Source: an uncultured Phycisphaerales bacterium (GTDB lineage Bacteria; Planctomycetota; Phycisphaerae; Sedimentisphaerales; Anaerobacaceae). From it: a stretch of 64,000 nucleotides of DNA. Under the pieces are notes generated by a model. It worked only from the letters and a program-made list of their open reading frames with translations. It did not search any database and was not told where the DNA came from. Both the position numbers and the translations under genes were made by a program. Of this stretch, positions 41,259 to 51,350 are shown piece by piece. Each line of letters starts with the position of its first letter. Within the stretch, counting starts at the first letter, position 1. Location of the stretch: assembly GCA_963718665.1 (NCBI GenBank), contig OY970359.1, positions 1,472,001 to 1,536,000 of the forward strand. Reading direction: 5' to 3'.

Positions 41259-42098
41259 ATGAAAAGTGCAACGACAAAAGTCGTGGCGATTATATGTATA
41301 TTGAGCTTGGCTATAATCAGCTGCTGGTTTCTGTTGAAAAATAGAAACGGCTTTGTGCCTGTGGTTATTTGTATGTTGGGTTTGGCTTTAATTGACGGAT
41401 GGTTAATGGCAAAAGAGCTGGTTGGCTGCATCCTTTGGATTACATTTTTAGTCACTATGATAGCGATAAGCTGCTGGTTTTTAATAGCAGACAGAACAAA
41501 CTGTGTGCCTGTGATTATATGCATATTGGGTTTGGCTGTAGTCGGCGGCGGGTTTGTAGTGGAAGACAAACTGCAATATTTGCTTGTGCTGACGTGTATT
41601 TTGAGCACCGCCATAATCGGGTGCGGGTCTTTTATGGACAAACTGACTCCTGCCGATATACCTAAGCCGGCTTTGGATTATCTTGGAAAGGAACCTAACG
41701 CCGTTGGAATTCATTCGTTATACACTGCCCGACAGATAAAAAACGACGTTATTGTCAAACATCAGAATGTCCAGTCCGACCTTTTGCACCTTGCGGAAAA
41801 AGACAAATTTGACTACCTGAATGCTTTCGAGATGATTGACGCGTCTATTAAAGAGGGCGAGAATTTTCAAGATATGGTTGTAGGCAGCGAAAAGCAGCCG
41901 TTTAGCTTATTGGGTCTCCTGGCCGGGGCTACCGGCGGCGGATTTATAGGTTACAGGATAAAACGTAAAGAGGACAAAAATCCCGATGAGGTTAAGGCGT
42001 TAATTGCAGATGCCAGAGACATAGGTTGGGATGAGTGCGAAGCCCGGGTAACCAATGATGAACTTCATCCTAAAACAACCAGCCACGTTAAATCATAA
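41259..42098 (+). CDS. hypothetical membrane protein with internally repeated hydrophobic N-terminus
   Basis: SCWFL...VPVxICxLGLA occurs twice; CILSxAIIxC occurs twice. Confidence 0.7.
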   Translation: MKSATTKVVAIICILSLAIISCWFLLKNRNGFVPVVICMLGLALIDGWLMAKELVGCILWITFLVTMIAISCWFLIADRTNCVPVIICILGLAVVGGGFVVEDKLQYLLVLTCILSTAIIGCGSFMDKLTPADIPKPALDYLGKEPNAVGIHSLYTARQIKNDVIVKHQNVQSDLLHLAEKDKFDYLNAFEMIDASIKEGENFQDMVVGSEKQPFSLLGLLAGATGGGFIGYRIKRKEDKNPDEVKALIADARDIGWDECEARVTNDELHPKTTSHVKS

Positions 42099-42129
42099 GT
42101 CAATATCGCCGGCTTAGGTGAAACAGGCG

Positions 42130-44676
42130 TTATTTTGCGACGACGCCTTTTATGCCGCCGGAAACCAGGGCGGCGACGTTGGCCAGAATTCTGGGCAGCA
42201 TAAGCCCGCGGGGACAGGCAATATATTTCGGCTGCCAGACGGGAGCGAATTTGTCCTTGTATTCGTGCAGACCCTGGAAGTTATAGAAGTGTTCGCCGTG
42301 ACGGAATAAAAACGCCCCCGCCTGAGACCATAACGGAGCAAGCTGCCTGTCTTCAAGTCCTGAAAACGGCGCCATTCCGAAATTAAACCACTTATAGCCC
42401 TGCGATTTACCCCACAGCAGAAGTTCGGTAAACATATAATCCATAATTCCCTCCGGGCTGTCCGGCGAATATCGCATAAGGTCTATCGACAGTTCTTCTT
42501 TGTTTGCTCCCTGCCAGATATTGGCGAAGGCGAGGATTTTATTCTGCTGAGTAATTAATGCGGCAGGCATTTTCCTGATGTATCCCGGCTCAAACGAGCC
42601 GAGCGAAAATTTCTTTTCCCTTGTGTTTTTGCTTTCAAGCCAGGCGTCGGAAACACGTTTCATCTCGACGAGGACCGTCTCGACCTGTGCCGGCTCGATG
42701 ACAGAGAAAGTTAATCCGAGTTTTGTCATTTTGTTATACGCGTAGCGAAGGTCTCTGCGTTCGTGGCCTTCGAGCGAAAAATTGGGCAGCTCGACTCTGG
42801 CTTCCTCGCCGAATTTGAGGAACGTCAGACCCAGGTCGAGGTAAATATCGAGATGCTCGGTATCGACCTGGTAGAAGACGGGCCAGGCGTCATATTCGTC
42901 GCAGAGTTCGCGGAATTCCCAGGCAAGCTCTCTTGCATCGTCTTCCGGGCCTATAGGGTCGCCCATACATATCCAGCTTCTGCCCTGGACGCCGAACATC
43001 AAAAACGCGTCTTTGTTATCGTCCAGAAGAAATCTTTTGTCGCCGAGAAGCGCAAGCCACGCGTAAGTCCGCGGACTGTTCCGGACAATATTTTCAACGA
43101 TTTTAATTTCGGTATCGGGAGGCGGCAAAAAGACAGGTTTCGCTGGCACAAGCAGCCGGGCAAGACCAAACAGCAGAATAACAACAACGACGCCTGTGCT
43201 TGCCCGCAGGAATCGAGGGGCGTTGGCGTTGAACGCAAACTTCCACCATAGCTGGTCTGCATGCCCGAGATGCCTGTATGTGAAAAACCCGAGCCAGATG
43301 GAGCTTGCTGCTACGGCTACTACTAAAACCGCCCAGGGAAATGAAAATCTGTCCCGAAGCAGCGGTGTCTTGCGATAAAACCGGCTCTTACAGGGAATAA
43401 GAGCGGCGAGCATAACTGACAGGATTATCGCCTCTTCGTAATCAAACCCCTTTACCAGCGAGAATACGATACCCGCGGCGAACAGTATTACTGTAAGGTG
43501 ATACGCGGCATCCAGCCGGCGCTGCAGACCTCGTGCGAGTATAATCAGTCCCGCGCCGACGATGCTGCCGAGGAAATGCGACAATTCCACCGCCGACAGC
43601 GGCAGGATGTCTCGTATTATTTCCATACGACTGTTTTCTGCCGGCAGAGCGCCTGATACGAGCAGGATTGTGCCCGCGGCCATACTGCCGACGGCGAACA
43701 CCTGCGGTATGAGCATAGCGGCCCACTTGCCGATTGACTCCCCGAATCGTTTTAGCGTTTCTTTGCGCGCGGACATTTCTTCGAGGCCGAGAATAATTGA
43801 GGCAAGACCGAGCGGCAGGAGATAATAAATCACCCGGTACAAAAGCAGCGAACCGATTAAGGATGAAGCCGGCGCCACCTCGGAAAGCAACAGCAGCATT
43901 ACTCCTTCAAATACCCCTAAGCCGCCGGGAACCGAGCTGACAAGACCCGTAATCTGCGCCAGCAGGAAAATCTCGATAAATTCCGGGTAGTCCATCTGTA
44001 TGGTATTTGCCAGCAGAACATACAGGACGCTTCCGGCAACCGCCCAGTCGATTGAGGCCAGCGCAATCTGGCAAAGCGACAGGCCCGGTGACGGTATAGC
44101 CAGGTCCCAGTCGCGAATTATAACGGGCTTTTTTCGCAACACTGTTACAATGAGGTATGTCGCGAGCAGGATAAGAAATATGACGCCTATGGGCCAGGTT
44201 GTTTTAAATGGCAGGTGAGTGCCGTGTTCGATTGCCTGCGGGTGAAGCACGAAAGTAAACCCGCCCAGCGAGAAAAAGCCCAGCCAAAAGGTGATTGAGC
44301 AGAACAAAATCAGTCGTGCGACCTGGCCCGCCGAAAGACCCAGCCCTGAGTATATCCGGTAGCGGGCCGCGCTGCCGCCCAGTATTGTCGCGTTGTGGCT
44401 GAACACGTATCCGACGAATGACGCAACCGCTATTTTGCGGTAAGGCAGTCGATGCCCGATGTAGAAAAGCGCAAGAGTGTCGTAGCCGGTCAGAATAAAA
44501 TAGTCGAGGAACGTTAACGCGATTGCCGCGAGCACGTATCGTGCCGGCATATTCCTAAGCTCCGCCGCGATGTCGTGATAATGATACAGCCTGAGCTTGT
44601 GATGGATTATAACCGCCGCTATCCCGAACAGGATAACGCTCAACCACGGAGTTATATTGTGAAGGATTTTTCTCAT
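42130..44676 (-). CDS. mprF: bifunctional aminoacyl-phosphatidylglycerol flippase/synthetase
   Basis: PGGLGVFE, YRVIYYLLP, GDPIG, EKKFSLG, DLMRY, YNFQGL..YKDKF.P.W.P.Y. Confidence 0.95.
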   Translation of the reverse strand: MRKILHNITPWLSVILFGIAAVIIHHKLRLYHYHDIAAELRNMPARYVLAAIALTFLDYFILTGYDTLALFYIGHRLPYRKIAVASFVGYVFSHNATILGGSAARYRIYSGLGLSAGQVARLILFCSITFWLGFFSLGGFTFVLHPQAIEHGTHLPFKTTWPIGVIFLILLATYLIVTVLRKKPVIIRDWDLAIPSPGLSLCQIALASIDWAVAGSVLYVLLANTIQMDYPEFIEIFLLAQITGLVSSVPGGLGVFEGVMLLLLSEVAPASSLIGSLLLYRVIYYLLPLGLASIILGLEEMSARKETLKRFGESIGKWAAMLIPQVFAVGSMAAGTILLVSGALPAENSRMEIIRDILPLSAVELSHFLGSIVGAGLIILARGLQRRLDAAYHLTVILFAAGIVFSLVKGFDYEEAIILSVMLAALIPCKSRFYRKTPLLRDRFSFPWAVLVVAVAASSIWLGFFTYRHLGHADQLWWKFAFNANAPRFLRASTGVVVVILLFGLARLLVPAKPVFLPPPDTEIKIVENIVRNSPRTYAWLALLGDKRFLLDDNKDAFLMFGVQGRSWICMGDPIGPEDDARELAWEFRELCDEYDAWPVFYQVDTEHLDIYLDLGLTFLKFGEEARVELPNFSLEGHERRDLRYAYNKMTKLGLTFSVIEPAQVETVLVEMKRVSDAWLESKNTREKKFSLGSFEPGYIRKMPAALITQQNKILAFANIWQGANKEELSIDLMRYSPDSPEGIMDYMFTELLLWGKSQGYKWFNFGMAPFSGLEDRQLAPLWSQAGAFLFRHGEHFYNFQGLHEYKDKFAPVWQPKYIACPRGLMLPRILANVAALVSGGIKGVVAK

Positions 44677-44898
44677 AGCCGATTTGTTTTCATAGTATGG
44701 CCAATGCCGGGCAGTTTGTCAAAGTGTTTTGACGCCGGTTATCGCCGTTTTTATCCTGTCGCGATTCACCGTAAGGGTTTGCCTTAGCCGATTATAAGGG
44801 AATCCCTGATAAGTTTTTCAGGGCATTATGGCGATAAAAATTTTCATCAGGCAGACATTTTTTTGTTGCAATTGTTCTACGAACTGTTATATTAGAAC

Positions 44899-45059
44899 AC
44901 ATCAGGGGTAACTTGACCTCAGGTAGTGGGGGGGTCAAGATTGTAGTATGAGTGAGATAGAACTCTGAAAAGATTATCCGCTGTATGCGGGTTTATACGA
45001 ACCACGGGCTGAGGTTAAATCCTCCTCTTCCTCCCTCCTGGCCTCAGCCCAGCTTTTTT
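44899..45059 (+). ncRNA. candidate small RNA with CU-rich terminator loop
   Basis: Promoter TTGCAA-N16-TATATT, hairpin 44912-44939, terminator gggctgagg/cctcagccc followed by a T-tract. Confidence 0.5.
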
Positions 45060-45303
45060 CTCCAGGCCATCGGCTCAAATATCCTTTATATGCCATAAGT
45101 GTAGAGCTTGAAATTATATGCCGTTTTAGGATTTACATTTGTAAAGCATAATCGTAAGATATCTTCGCGCCCAAAGATGTGCAAAAATCTCTTGAAGCGG
45201 GGCGGTAATTATGATAAAATAGGTAATCGGCTCCCCCTGTGAGGCCGATAATATAGTGTTGGTTTGAAATGATTTATCGTTTTTGTTTTTGGGGTGTTAT
45301 TTT

Positions 45304-46368
45304 ATGAATAAGCAAAAGGGACACATTCTCCGTAGCTTGCCTGTCCTCCATAGCAGTAGCGACCTGTCCTCCGAAGCCCTTCAGGGGCGAAGGATGGAAG
45401 GAAGACCTGCCCATCGTAGCGTAAGCGAAGATGGGTTTACGTTGGTTGAGCTGCTGGTTGTAATATCAATTATCGCTTTGTTGATGGCGATATTGCTGCC
45501 GGCCCTGGCCCGCGCAAGGGAATTGGGTAAACGCGCCGTCTGTATGGACAATCTTAAACAATTGCAAATCGCCTGGTCTATGTATTGCGATAACAATAAT
45601 GAAAAGATTCCTGTCGGCGATGTATATTACTCCTGGACATTTCCTCCTGCAGGTAGTTATCCAAGTAACGAAGTTTCTCCCGTTCCTGCAGGGCCTCAAC
45701 TGGCTTGGACTGAGTATCCCCATCAGTATCCTCATACTATGCCGCCATCCTATGCCACTAATTATACTAACGCATTCGCAACTGCCGCTAATCCTGCTAC
45801 GAGCCAGCCGGTGGAGGTATGGCAGCACGCTATCGCTGAGGGAACGATGTGGAGATATGTAAATGACTATAAGGTCTATAAGTGTCCCGTCGGCGAAAAA
45901 GGCAATTATGTAACATACTATATGGCTCATAGATTGGCTACTTATCCTAACTCAGGCGGTACGACCGCTGTTGTAGAGCCGCAAGTCATACTTAGAAACC
46001 AGATTACGAGGACCGCCGAACAATTTATCTTTTTAGACGTTGGGAGTATGAAGGGCGGCGCATTTTTTATCCCTTACAGCTCTGGCGTAACTACTCCCGG
46101 CTTAATCTGGGGCGACCAGCCGCCCACCAGGCATGGTTTTGGAACGACCTTTATTTTTGCCGATGCACATGTTGAGTACCGTAAATGGACTGACCCGCAC
46201 ACTATTGAGGCCACAAAACACGGCTGGGGCGGGGAAACCCCCGCGAATTGGCCGGCAGGGATGGCTGCCGTTGATAACTCTGATTGCGATTTACGCTGGA
46301 TTTGCCATGCTACCTGGGGCAGCGTTTATTTTCCTAACCCAACTCCTACCAAGAAGTGCGAATATTGA
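45304..46368 (+). CDS. prepilin-type N-terminal cleavage/methylation protein (H-X9-DG-like) with 38-aa leader insertion
   Basis: [46 protein letters not shown]. Confidence 0.9.
   Translation: MNKQKGHILRSLPVLHSSSDLSSEALQGRRMEGRPAHRSVSEDGFTLVELLVVISIIALLMAILLPALARARELGKRAVCMDNLKQLQIAWSMYCDNNNEKIPVGDVYYSWTFPPAGSYPSNEVSPVPAGPQLAWTEYPHQYPHTMPPSYATNYTNAFATAANPATSQPVEVWQHAIAEGTMWRYVNDYKVYKCPVGEKGNYVTYYMAHRLATYPNSGGTTAVVEPQVILRNQITRTAEQFIFLDVGSMKGGAFFIPYSSGVTTPGLIWGDQPPTRHGFGTTFIFADAHVEYRKWTDPHTIEATKHGWGGETPANWPAGMAAVDNSDCDLRWICHATWGSVYFPNPTPTKKCEY
45322..45435. mobile_element. nested CCTG-hairpin elements inserted in frame
   Basis: CCTG-initiated units at 45340, 45363 and 45406. Confidence 0.75.
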
Positions 46369-46421
46369 GGTTGCCACAAAGCTACTAAAACACGAAGAAA
46401 TTTAAATATAGTAATTTGAAT

Positions 46422-46456
46422 AAAACCCCGATTGTTACGTCGGGGTTTTCTTTTTT
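46422..46456 (+). terminator. intrinsic terminator
   Basis: aaaaccccga/tcggggtttt plus T-tract. Confidence 0.75.
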
Positions 46457-47002
46457 CTACGGCAAACATATTTTTGTCCGCTTCGACAAAGGCGGGTGCA
46501 ATCAGCGGCAAAAACCGGCGGCGATGGGGACATTTAAAAGCGTCATAACCGCATTATTATTAAGTAGTTATCAATAAATGTCCTTTATTTATTAAGCCCT
46601 TTTTTGTGCTTTTTTTGTGCCTTTTCGTGGCCTTTTTTGACGTGTTTTTTCAGTCACGATTTTTATCGTAACCCCTTCAAATACAACAACTTAAATTCTG
46701 GATACAAACAGTCCTATAAAACAACTGTATCAAACAGTTGTATGATACAACTGTTCACCATTTTCGCGCAGGTCGAAAACCCTTAGATGTGAAAATTCTA
46801 AAATTTTTTTACTCCTTGCCCTATAAGGACTTATCGTTTTTAGGCATATCAGGAAATTCCTCGTTTTCGTCAAAACCGCGCAGTTTGCGCCATAGGGTAG
46901 AGGCATCTTGTGATGCTTCTTGAGGCATGTTTAGCCCTCGGATTTATCCGGGGGTCATAAATAACAACGAACCATGAACATTGAACGAAGGAGGATGAGA
47001 AA

Positions 47003-47617
47003 ATGGCAACGATTAACGTAACGATACCGAATTGGCTTGACCGTCTTTGCGTTTGGCCCGTGATGCTTTACCGCAAATACAAGTTTGGCTATTCCTATCG
47101 CAGGATTTACCTAAGCGAGGGCCTTTGGACTATTCTCGACCAGCAGGATTACTACTGCTTTGGCAGATTCAAATGGGAAATCAATGGCAACGATAATAAA
47201 TTCTATGCCGTTCGCAACGTAATGGCCGATTCTTCTCGAACCACTACTGTCCGGTTGCACAGGTTAATTATGAATGCCCCTAAGGGCTTTGTGGTTGACC
47301 ATATAAACGGCGATTCACTCGATAATCGAAGGGCCAATCTCCGCCTCGCTACACAGGCCCAGAATTTATATAACAGGAAGAAGAAAAAAAATACCTCCTC
47401 ACAGTTTATCGGCGTCTCTTTTAATAAATCGCATCGATATTGGGGGGCACAAATCAAAGTTAACGGCAAAGCCATCTGGCTTGGACGCTTCGACTCCGAA
47501 ATCGACGCCGCCAGTGCTTACGATGTCGCCGCCATTAAATACCGTGGAGAATTCGCACGACTCAATTTCCCAGGGGAAAAGTACATTAACGAAACTTGTC
47601 CGGCGAATGCCAAATAA
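47003..47617 (+). CDS. HNH endonuclease-like / AP2 domain protein (copy 2)
   Basis: LHRLIM...[23 protein letters not shown]...WLGRF...AYD...ARLNF; GGAGG RBS. Confidence 0.9.
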   Translation: MATINVTIPNWLDRLCVWPVMLYRKYKFGYSYRRIYLSEGLWTILDQQDYYCFGRFKWEINGNDNKFYAVRNVMADSSRTTTVRLHRLIMNAPKGFVVDHINGDSLDNRRANLRLATQAQNLYNRKKKKNTSSQFIGVSFNKSHRYWGAQIKVNGKAIWLGRFDSEIDAASAYDVAAIKYRGEFARLNFPGEKYINETCPANAK

Positions 47618-47678
47618 TAATTAAATTTAGCCCCCCGCCTCGCGCGGTGGGGGTTTGTTATGTAATCTTCCTTATTCG

Positions 47679-47760
47679 CCTGCTCGCCTTGCCTGTCCCG
47701 AGCGTACCTGCGGTGAGTGCAGCCGAACCAGTCGAGGGGTAGCGTAATCGAAGAAACGAG
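47679..47760. repeat. nested CCTG-hairpin elements
   Basis: cctgtcccgagcgta[cctgcggtgagtgcagccgaacc]agtcgaggg. Confidence 0.65.
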
Positions 47761-47922
47761 CCGTTTATCGGCTTTATTAACGAGTATTTCATTTTAAAAT
47801 CATTTTTTTAAATATTGGCCGTCAACATTCGATGTTCGACAGACGCCTCATTTACGTCTTTGTGTGTATGGCGGACAGAGGGATTTGTTAAGCCATGGAG
47901 AGGAAAGCAATTAAAAAAGCCG

Positions 47923-48464
47923 TTAAACCACGAAGGAAAAATAATAAAATAGTGTTTTTGTATTAACTTCGTGCCCCTTCGCGCTCTTCGTGGTGAAAAG
48001 GAATTTTATGGAATTTGACGAATTATCAGGCAAAGTCATCGGCTGCGCGATTGAGGTTCATAAGAACCTGGGGCCCGGCTTGCTGGAATCTGCCTATGAA
48101 CGCTGCCTGTCATACGAATTGACCGCCGCAGGCCTGAGACATGAAGCACAAAAGGAACTGCCCATAGATTACAAAGGCCTCAAGCTTGATACTGGATACC
48201 GGATTGACCTGATTATTGAAAACGGCGTTATCGTCGAACTGAAGAGCATTGAAAAGGTGCTGCCTATTCACGAGGCACAGATTCTTACGTATATGAAGCT
48301 GGCCGGATTAAGCGTTGGTTTACTTATCAATTTCAATGTTATAAAACTCAAAGACGGAATTAAAAGATTTGTTTTGTAAAAGCATTAAACCACGAAGGAC
48401 ACAGAGAACCACGAAGATAAATTTCAAAAAACTTCGTGCCCCTTCGCGCTCTTCGTGGTGAAAA
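47923..48464. repeat. composite direct/inverted repeats flanking the GxxExxY gene
   Basis: 15-bp copies at 47923 and 48385; 35-bp perfect copies at 47965 and 48430. Confidence 0.9.
48008..48379 (+). CDS. GxxExxY protein (PD-(D/E)XK-like fold)
   Basis: LGPGLLESAYE, YRIDL, VELKS, HEAQILTY, GLLINF. Confidence 0.95.
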   Translation: MEFDELSGKVIGCAIEVHKNLGPGLLESAYERCLSYELTAAGLRHEAQKELPIDYKGLKLDTGYRIDLIIENGVIVELKSIEKVLPIHEAQILTYMKLAGLSVGLLINFNVIKLKDGIKRFVL

Positions 48465-48534
48465 TGAATTATTAAGCTTTTTGTGCTTTTTTGTGGCAAT
48501 AAACTTTATACACTCTTATCTTAAGGAGACGAAA

Positions 48535-50097
48535 ATGTTCACCGCACCTAAACCCACGCCAGCGCTCTGTCTGCAACAAACCATTATTCTTTCCATATTT
48601 TTACTTGTGGCGAACTTCGCTTCCGCCTACTCCGGCGGCGACGGCTCACCAAATAACCCTTACCAAATCGCCGATGTTAACGACCTACTCTATCTCGGCT
48701 CTGATGAACCCAACTACGATAAATTCTTCATCCTCACAGCAGATATCAACCTCGCCCCAAACCTGCCCGGCAGGCAGATTTTCAACAACGCCGTCATCGC
48801 ACCCGGTGATTATCCTTCCGGTTTTACTGGTTCTTTCGATGGCGCTTGCCATAAAATCAGCAACCTGACTATAAATGCTGATCCAAATATATATGGTTGT
48901 TTGGGCCTGTTTGGTGTTGTTGGTGGTAAGATAAATAACCTTGGCTTAGAAGATGTCAACATCATAGGGGGGAATGATTTGGGTAATGTCGGCGGATTGG
49001 TTGGAGGTAATGATAATGGAACCATTAGCAATTGCTATTCAAAGGGCAATATCTACGTCGGGATTACTGCACACAATGTCGGTGGATTGGTGGGGTCGAA
49101 TGGAGGTGACATCAACAATTGCTATTCAAAAGGGATTATTGCTGTTGCCGGTACCGAAAGCTATATATACCCCGGTGCGAGCAATTTCGGCGGGCTTGTG
49201 GGGGAAAATGTGAGCGAATATTTCATCACCGGTGCTATCAGTAATTCTTATTCATCCTGCGACGTCATTTGCGGGAAGAACGTGGGGAATATAGGCGGGT
49301 TGGTGGGGCTTAACGGCACCACATTCCCATTTTGCCAAGTCACTAACTGTTATTCAGCAGGAACTGTAAGCGTTGAAAATGGTAGTTCTATTGGTGGCTT
49401 GGTGGGGAGTAACTGGGCGGGCATAAATAGTTGCTTCTCGACAAGTAGCGTTATTGTTTTGGGGAGTTCGAGTTCTATAGGCGGATTGGTGGGAGATAGT
49501 AGTTGGGGTGATATCAATAACTGCTATTCGACAGGTGATGTCAATGGCGGGGATTATTCGTCTAAAATTGGCGGACTGGTGGGACTGGTTGGGATTAATT
49601 ACGGTAGCGTTATCACCAACTGCTACTCTACTGGCAATGTCAGTGGTGGGATTAATGACATCGGCGGATTGATAGGGGCAATCTATTTAGGCACAGTAAC
49701 TGCTTCTTTCTGGGATGTGAATACCAGCGGGTTGACATTTAGCGCTGGCGGAACAGGCAAAACAACAGCGGAAATGAAAACAGAAAGCACGTTTACCAAT
49801 GCCAGCTGGGATTTTGTCAATGAAACGGTCAACGGGACGGACGATATCTGGTCGATTAAAGAGGATGTCAATTATCCTGTGCTTGTTTGGCCGCTGGTTA
49901 ATCTTGTTATACCTTCCCAGTTTGGCTGGTATAAGGTGAACTTCATAGATTTTGCGGCTATGGCCAACTGGTGGAAACATAGGGATTGTGCGGTTAACAA
50001 TGACTGCGGCGGTGCGGACTTTGATTTTTCTGGAACAATTGACATGGCGGATTTGGAAATATTCTGCCGATATTGGCTTGCCGGAACAACCGATTAA
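48535..50097 (+). CDS. secreted GLUG-repeat protein with C-terminal dockerin-like EF-hand
   Basis: YSGGDGS..NPYQI, repeated GGLVG, ADFDFSGTIDMADL; AAGGAG RBS. Confidence 0.88.
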   Translation: MFTAPKPTPALCLQQTIILSIFLLVANFASAYSGGDGSPNNPYQIADVNDLLYLGSDEPNYDKFFILTADINLAPNLPGRQIFNNAVIAPGDYPSGFTGSFDGACHKISNLTINADPNIYGCLGLFGVVGGKINNLGLEDVNIIGGNDLGNVGGLVGGNDNGTISNCYSKGNIYVGITAHNVGGLVGSNGGDINNCYSKGIIAVAGTESYIYPGASNFGGLVGENVSEYFITGAISNSYSSCDVICGKNVGNIGGLVGLNGTTFPFCQVTNCYSAGTVSVENGSSIGGLVGSNWAGINSCFSTSSVIVLGSSSSIGGLVGDSSWGDINNCYSTGDVNGGDYSSKIGGLVGLVGINYGSVITNCYSTGNVSGGINDIGGLIGAIYLGTVTASFWDVNTSGLTFSAGGTGKTTAEMKTESTFTNASWDFVNETVNGTDDIWSIKEDVNYPVLVWPLVNLVIPSQFGWYKVNFIDFAAMANWWKHRDCAVNNDCGGADFDFSGTIDMADLEIFCRYWLAGTTD

Positions 50098-50355
50098 ATG
50101 CCTGAAAAGAAAAGGCTCCGCGAAACTTTGCGTTAACCCTGTTAGATGGTGGCTTCGCCTATCTCATGGGGTTAATCTGCGTCTAAAAAAATGAATTCTC
50201 TGTACTCTCTGTGGCTAATAAAAAAGGCAGAAACCGCACATAATGACCAGAAAAGAGTTGCGGTCTTATGTCGGCTTTGAGACAATATCAACTGGCATCA
50301 TGTCTTTAATACAGGCGTTCGAAACTAATCCTCGTTTAGGTTAAGGAGTAGAACA

Positions 50356-50499
50356 ATGGTCGAGCATACGAATCTGCTGTTAGTGGTTGTGCCCGAGTCC
50401 CTCCAGTTTCTTCACGGCGGATGGCTTATCGTTCATATTATTGGCATAGCTGTGGTCGGCTATTTGGGTTATAAACTTGGCCGAATGAAAGAAAGTTAA
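50356..50499 (+). CDS. small membrane protein (47 aa), absent from the ORF track
   Basis: AAGGAG RBS; MVEHTNLLLVVVPESLQFLHGGWLIVHIIGIAVVGYLGYKLGRMKES. Confidence 0.65.
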   Translation: MVEHTNLLLVVVPESLQFLHGGWLIVHIIGIAVVGYLGYKLGRMKES

Positions 50500-50565
50500 T
50501 GCCAAATAAGACACCCCGAAGTAGGCCCGCCTACGGCGAGGTAAACTTCGGGGCTAACCAAGGGC

Positions 50566-50612
50566 AAAAAAATTGGCCGGCGACCCTCAAATCATCGCCG
50601 GCCAATAGCTTT
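50566..50612. terminator. terminator hairpin between convergent genes
   Basis: attggccggcga/tcgccggccaat with A-tract. Confidence 0.65.
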
Positions 50613-50736
50613 TCCCCGAACCGGTGTGCTGTCAGAAAATGCCGCTCGGCACTTCTTATTTCGAATAAATTGTTCAGCCACAAAAATGCTCAAAAAGAAC
50701 AAAAGCTTTTAAAAACGAAACTCAATTAACCTTTTG

Positions 50737-50766
50737 CCTGCCCTGCGTAGCTTTAGCGAAGAAGGG
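50737..50766. repeat. CCTG-hairpin element
   Basis: cctgccctgcgtagctttagcgaagaaggg. Confidence 0.7.
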
Positions 50767-50788
50767 CGTCTTTTCGCGGCCATAAGAG

Positions 50789-51124
50789 TTACGATTCGAT
50801 ACCTTCAAAGACGATGCCGACGCCAATCGATGCGTCGTCAAGCAATTCGCCTCGTTCGATTCGCACAACTCTTCCACTCTTTATCCGGGCGAAGCTGCCC
50901 TTTCTTTTGGCAAGGGCCATTGTGCGCGGAAAATTCAATTCGACAATGTGCCCGGTCCGCAGTGGCGTAGTTGCCGGAACTCGAACCAGCACACCGCCGC
51001 TGCTTATGTTGCTGCTTCTGCCATTAAAAAAGCTGTTTGCCTCGGGCAACCAGACACTTACCGGCCAGGCAACCTGTGTTCGTGTATTTTTCCTTTGTTC
51101 AGTCGCTACTGTCGCTTCACTCAT
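50789..51124 (-). CDS. PilZ-domain protein
   Basis: EQRKNTR (RxxxR) and NISSGG (D/NxSxxG). Confidence 0.85.
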   Translation of the reverse strand: MSEATVATEQRKNTRTQVAWPVSVWLPEANSFFNGRSSNISSGGVLVRVPATTPLRTGHIVELNFPRTMALAKRKGSFARIKSGRVVRIERGELLDDASIGVGIVFEGIES

Positions 51125-51350
51125 AATCTAATCTCCATATTAGAGTAATTTGACTTCGATACCTACTCTATCGGCAGTGTTAATTTGGGATGATTAGAGT
51201 ATTTGGGCAACTTGCGGGTTTTACTTAAAAAATTTTGCTTTTCCCACAAAAGGGATGTCGTAGTGGCATATTATGGGACCGTTGATGTTAAATTAGGCAA
51301 TATTCTTTGAAGAAAATTAAAAAATCGCCCGGAATTTGGGGTTATAACGG

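Noticed and set aside
47003..48379. Prophage
   Set aside because: No structural, terminase or integrase genes near the HNH-AP2 and GxxExxY genes
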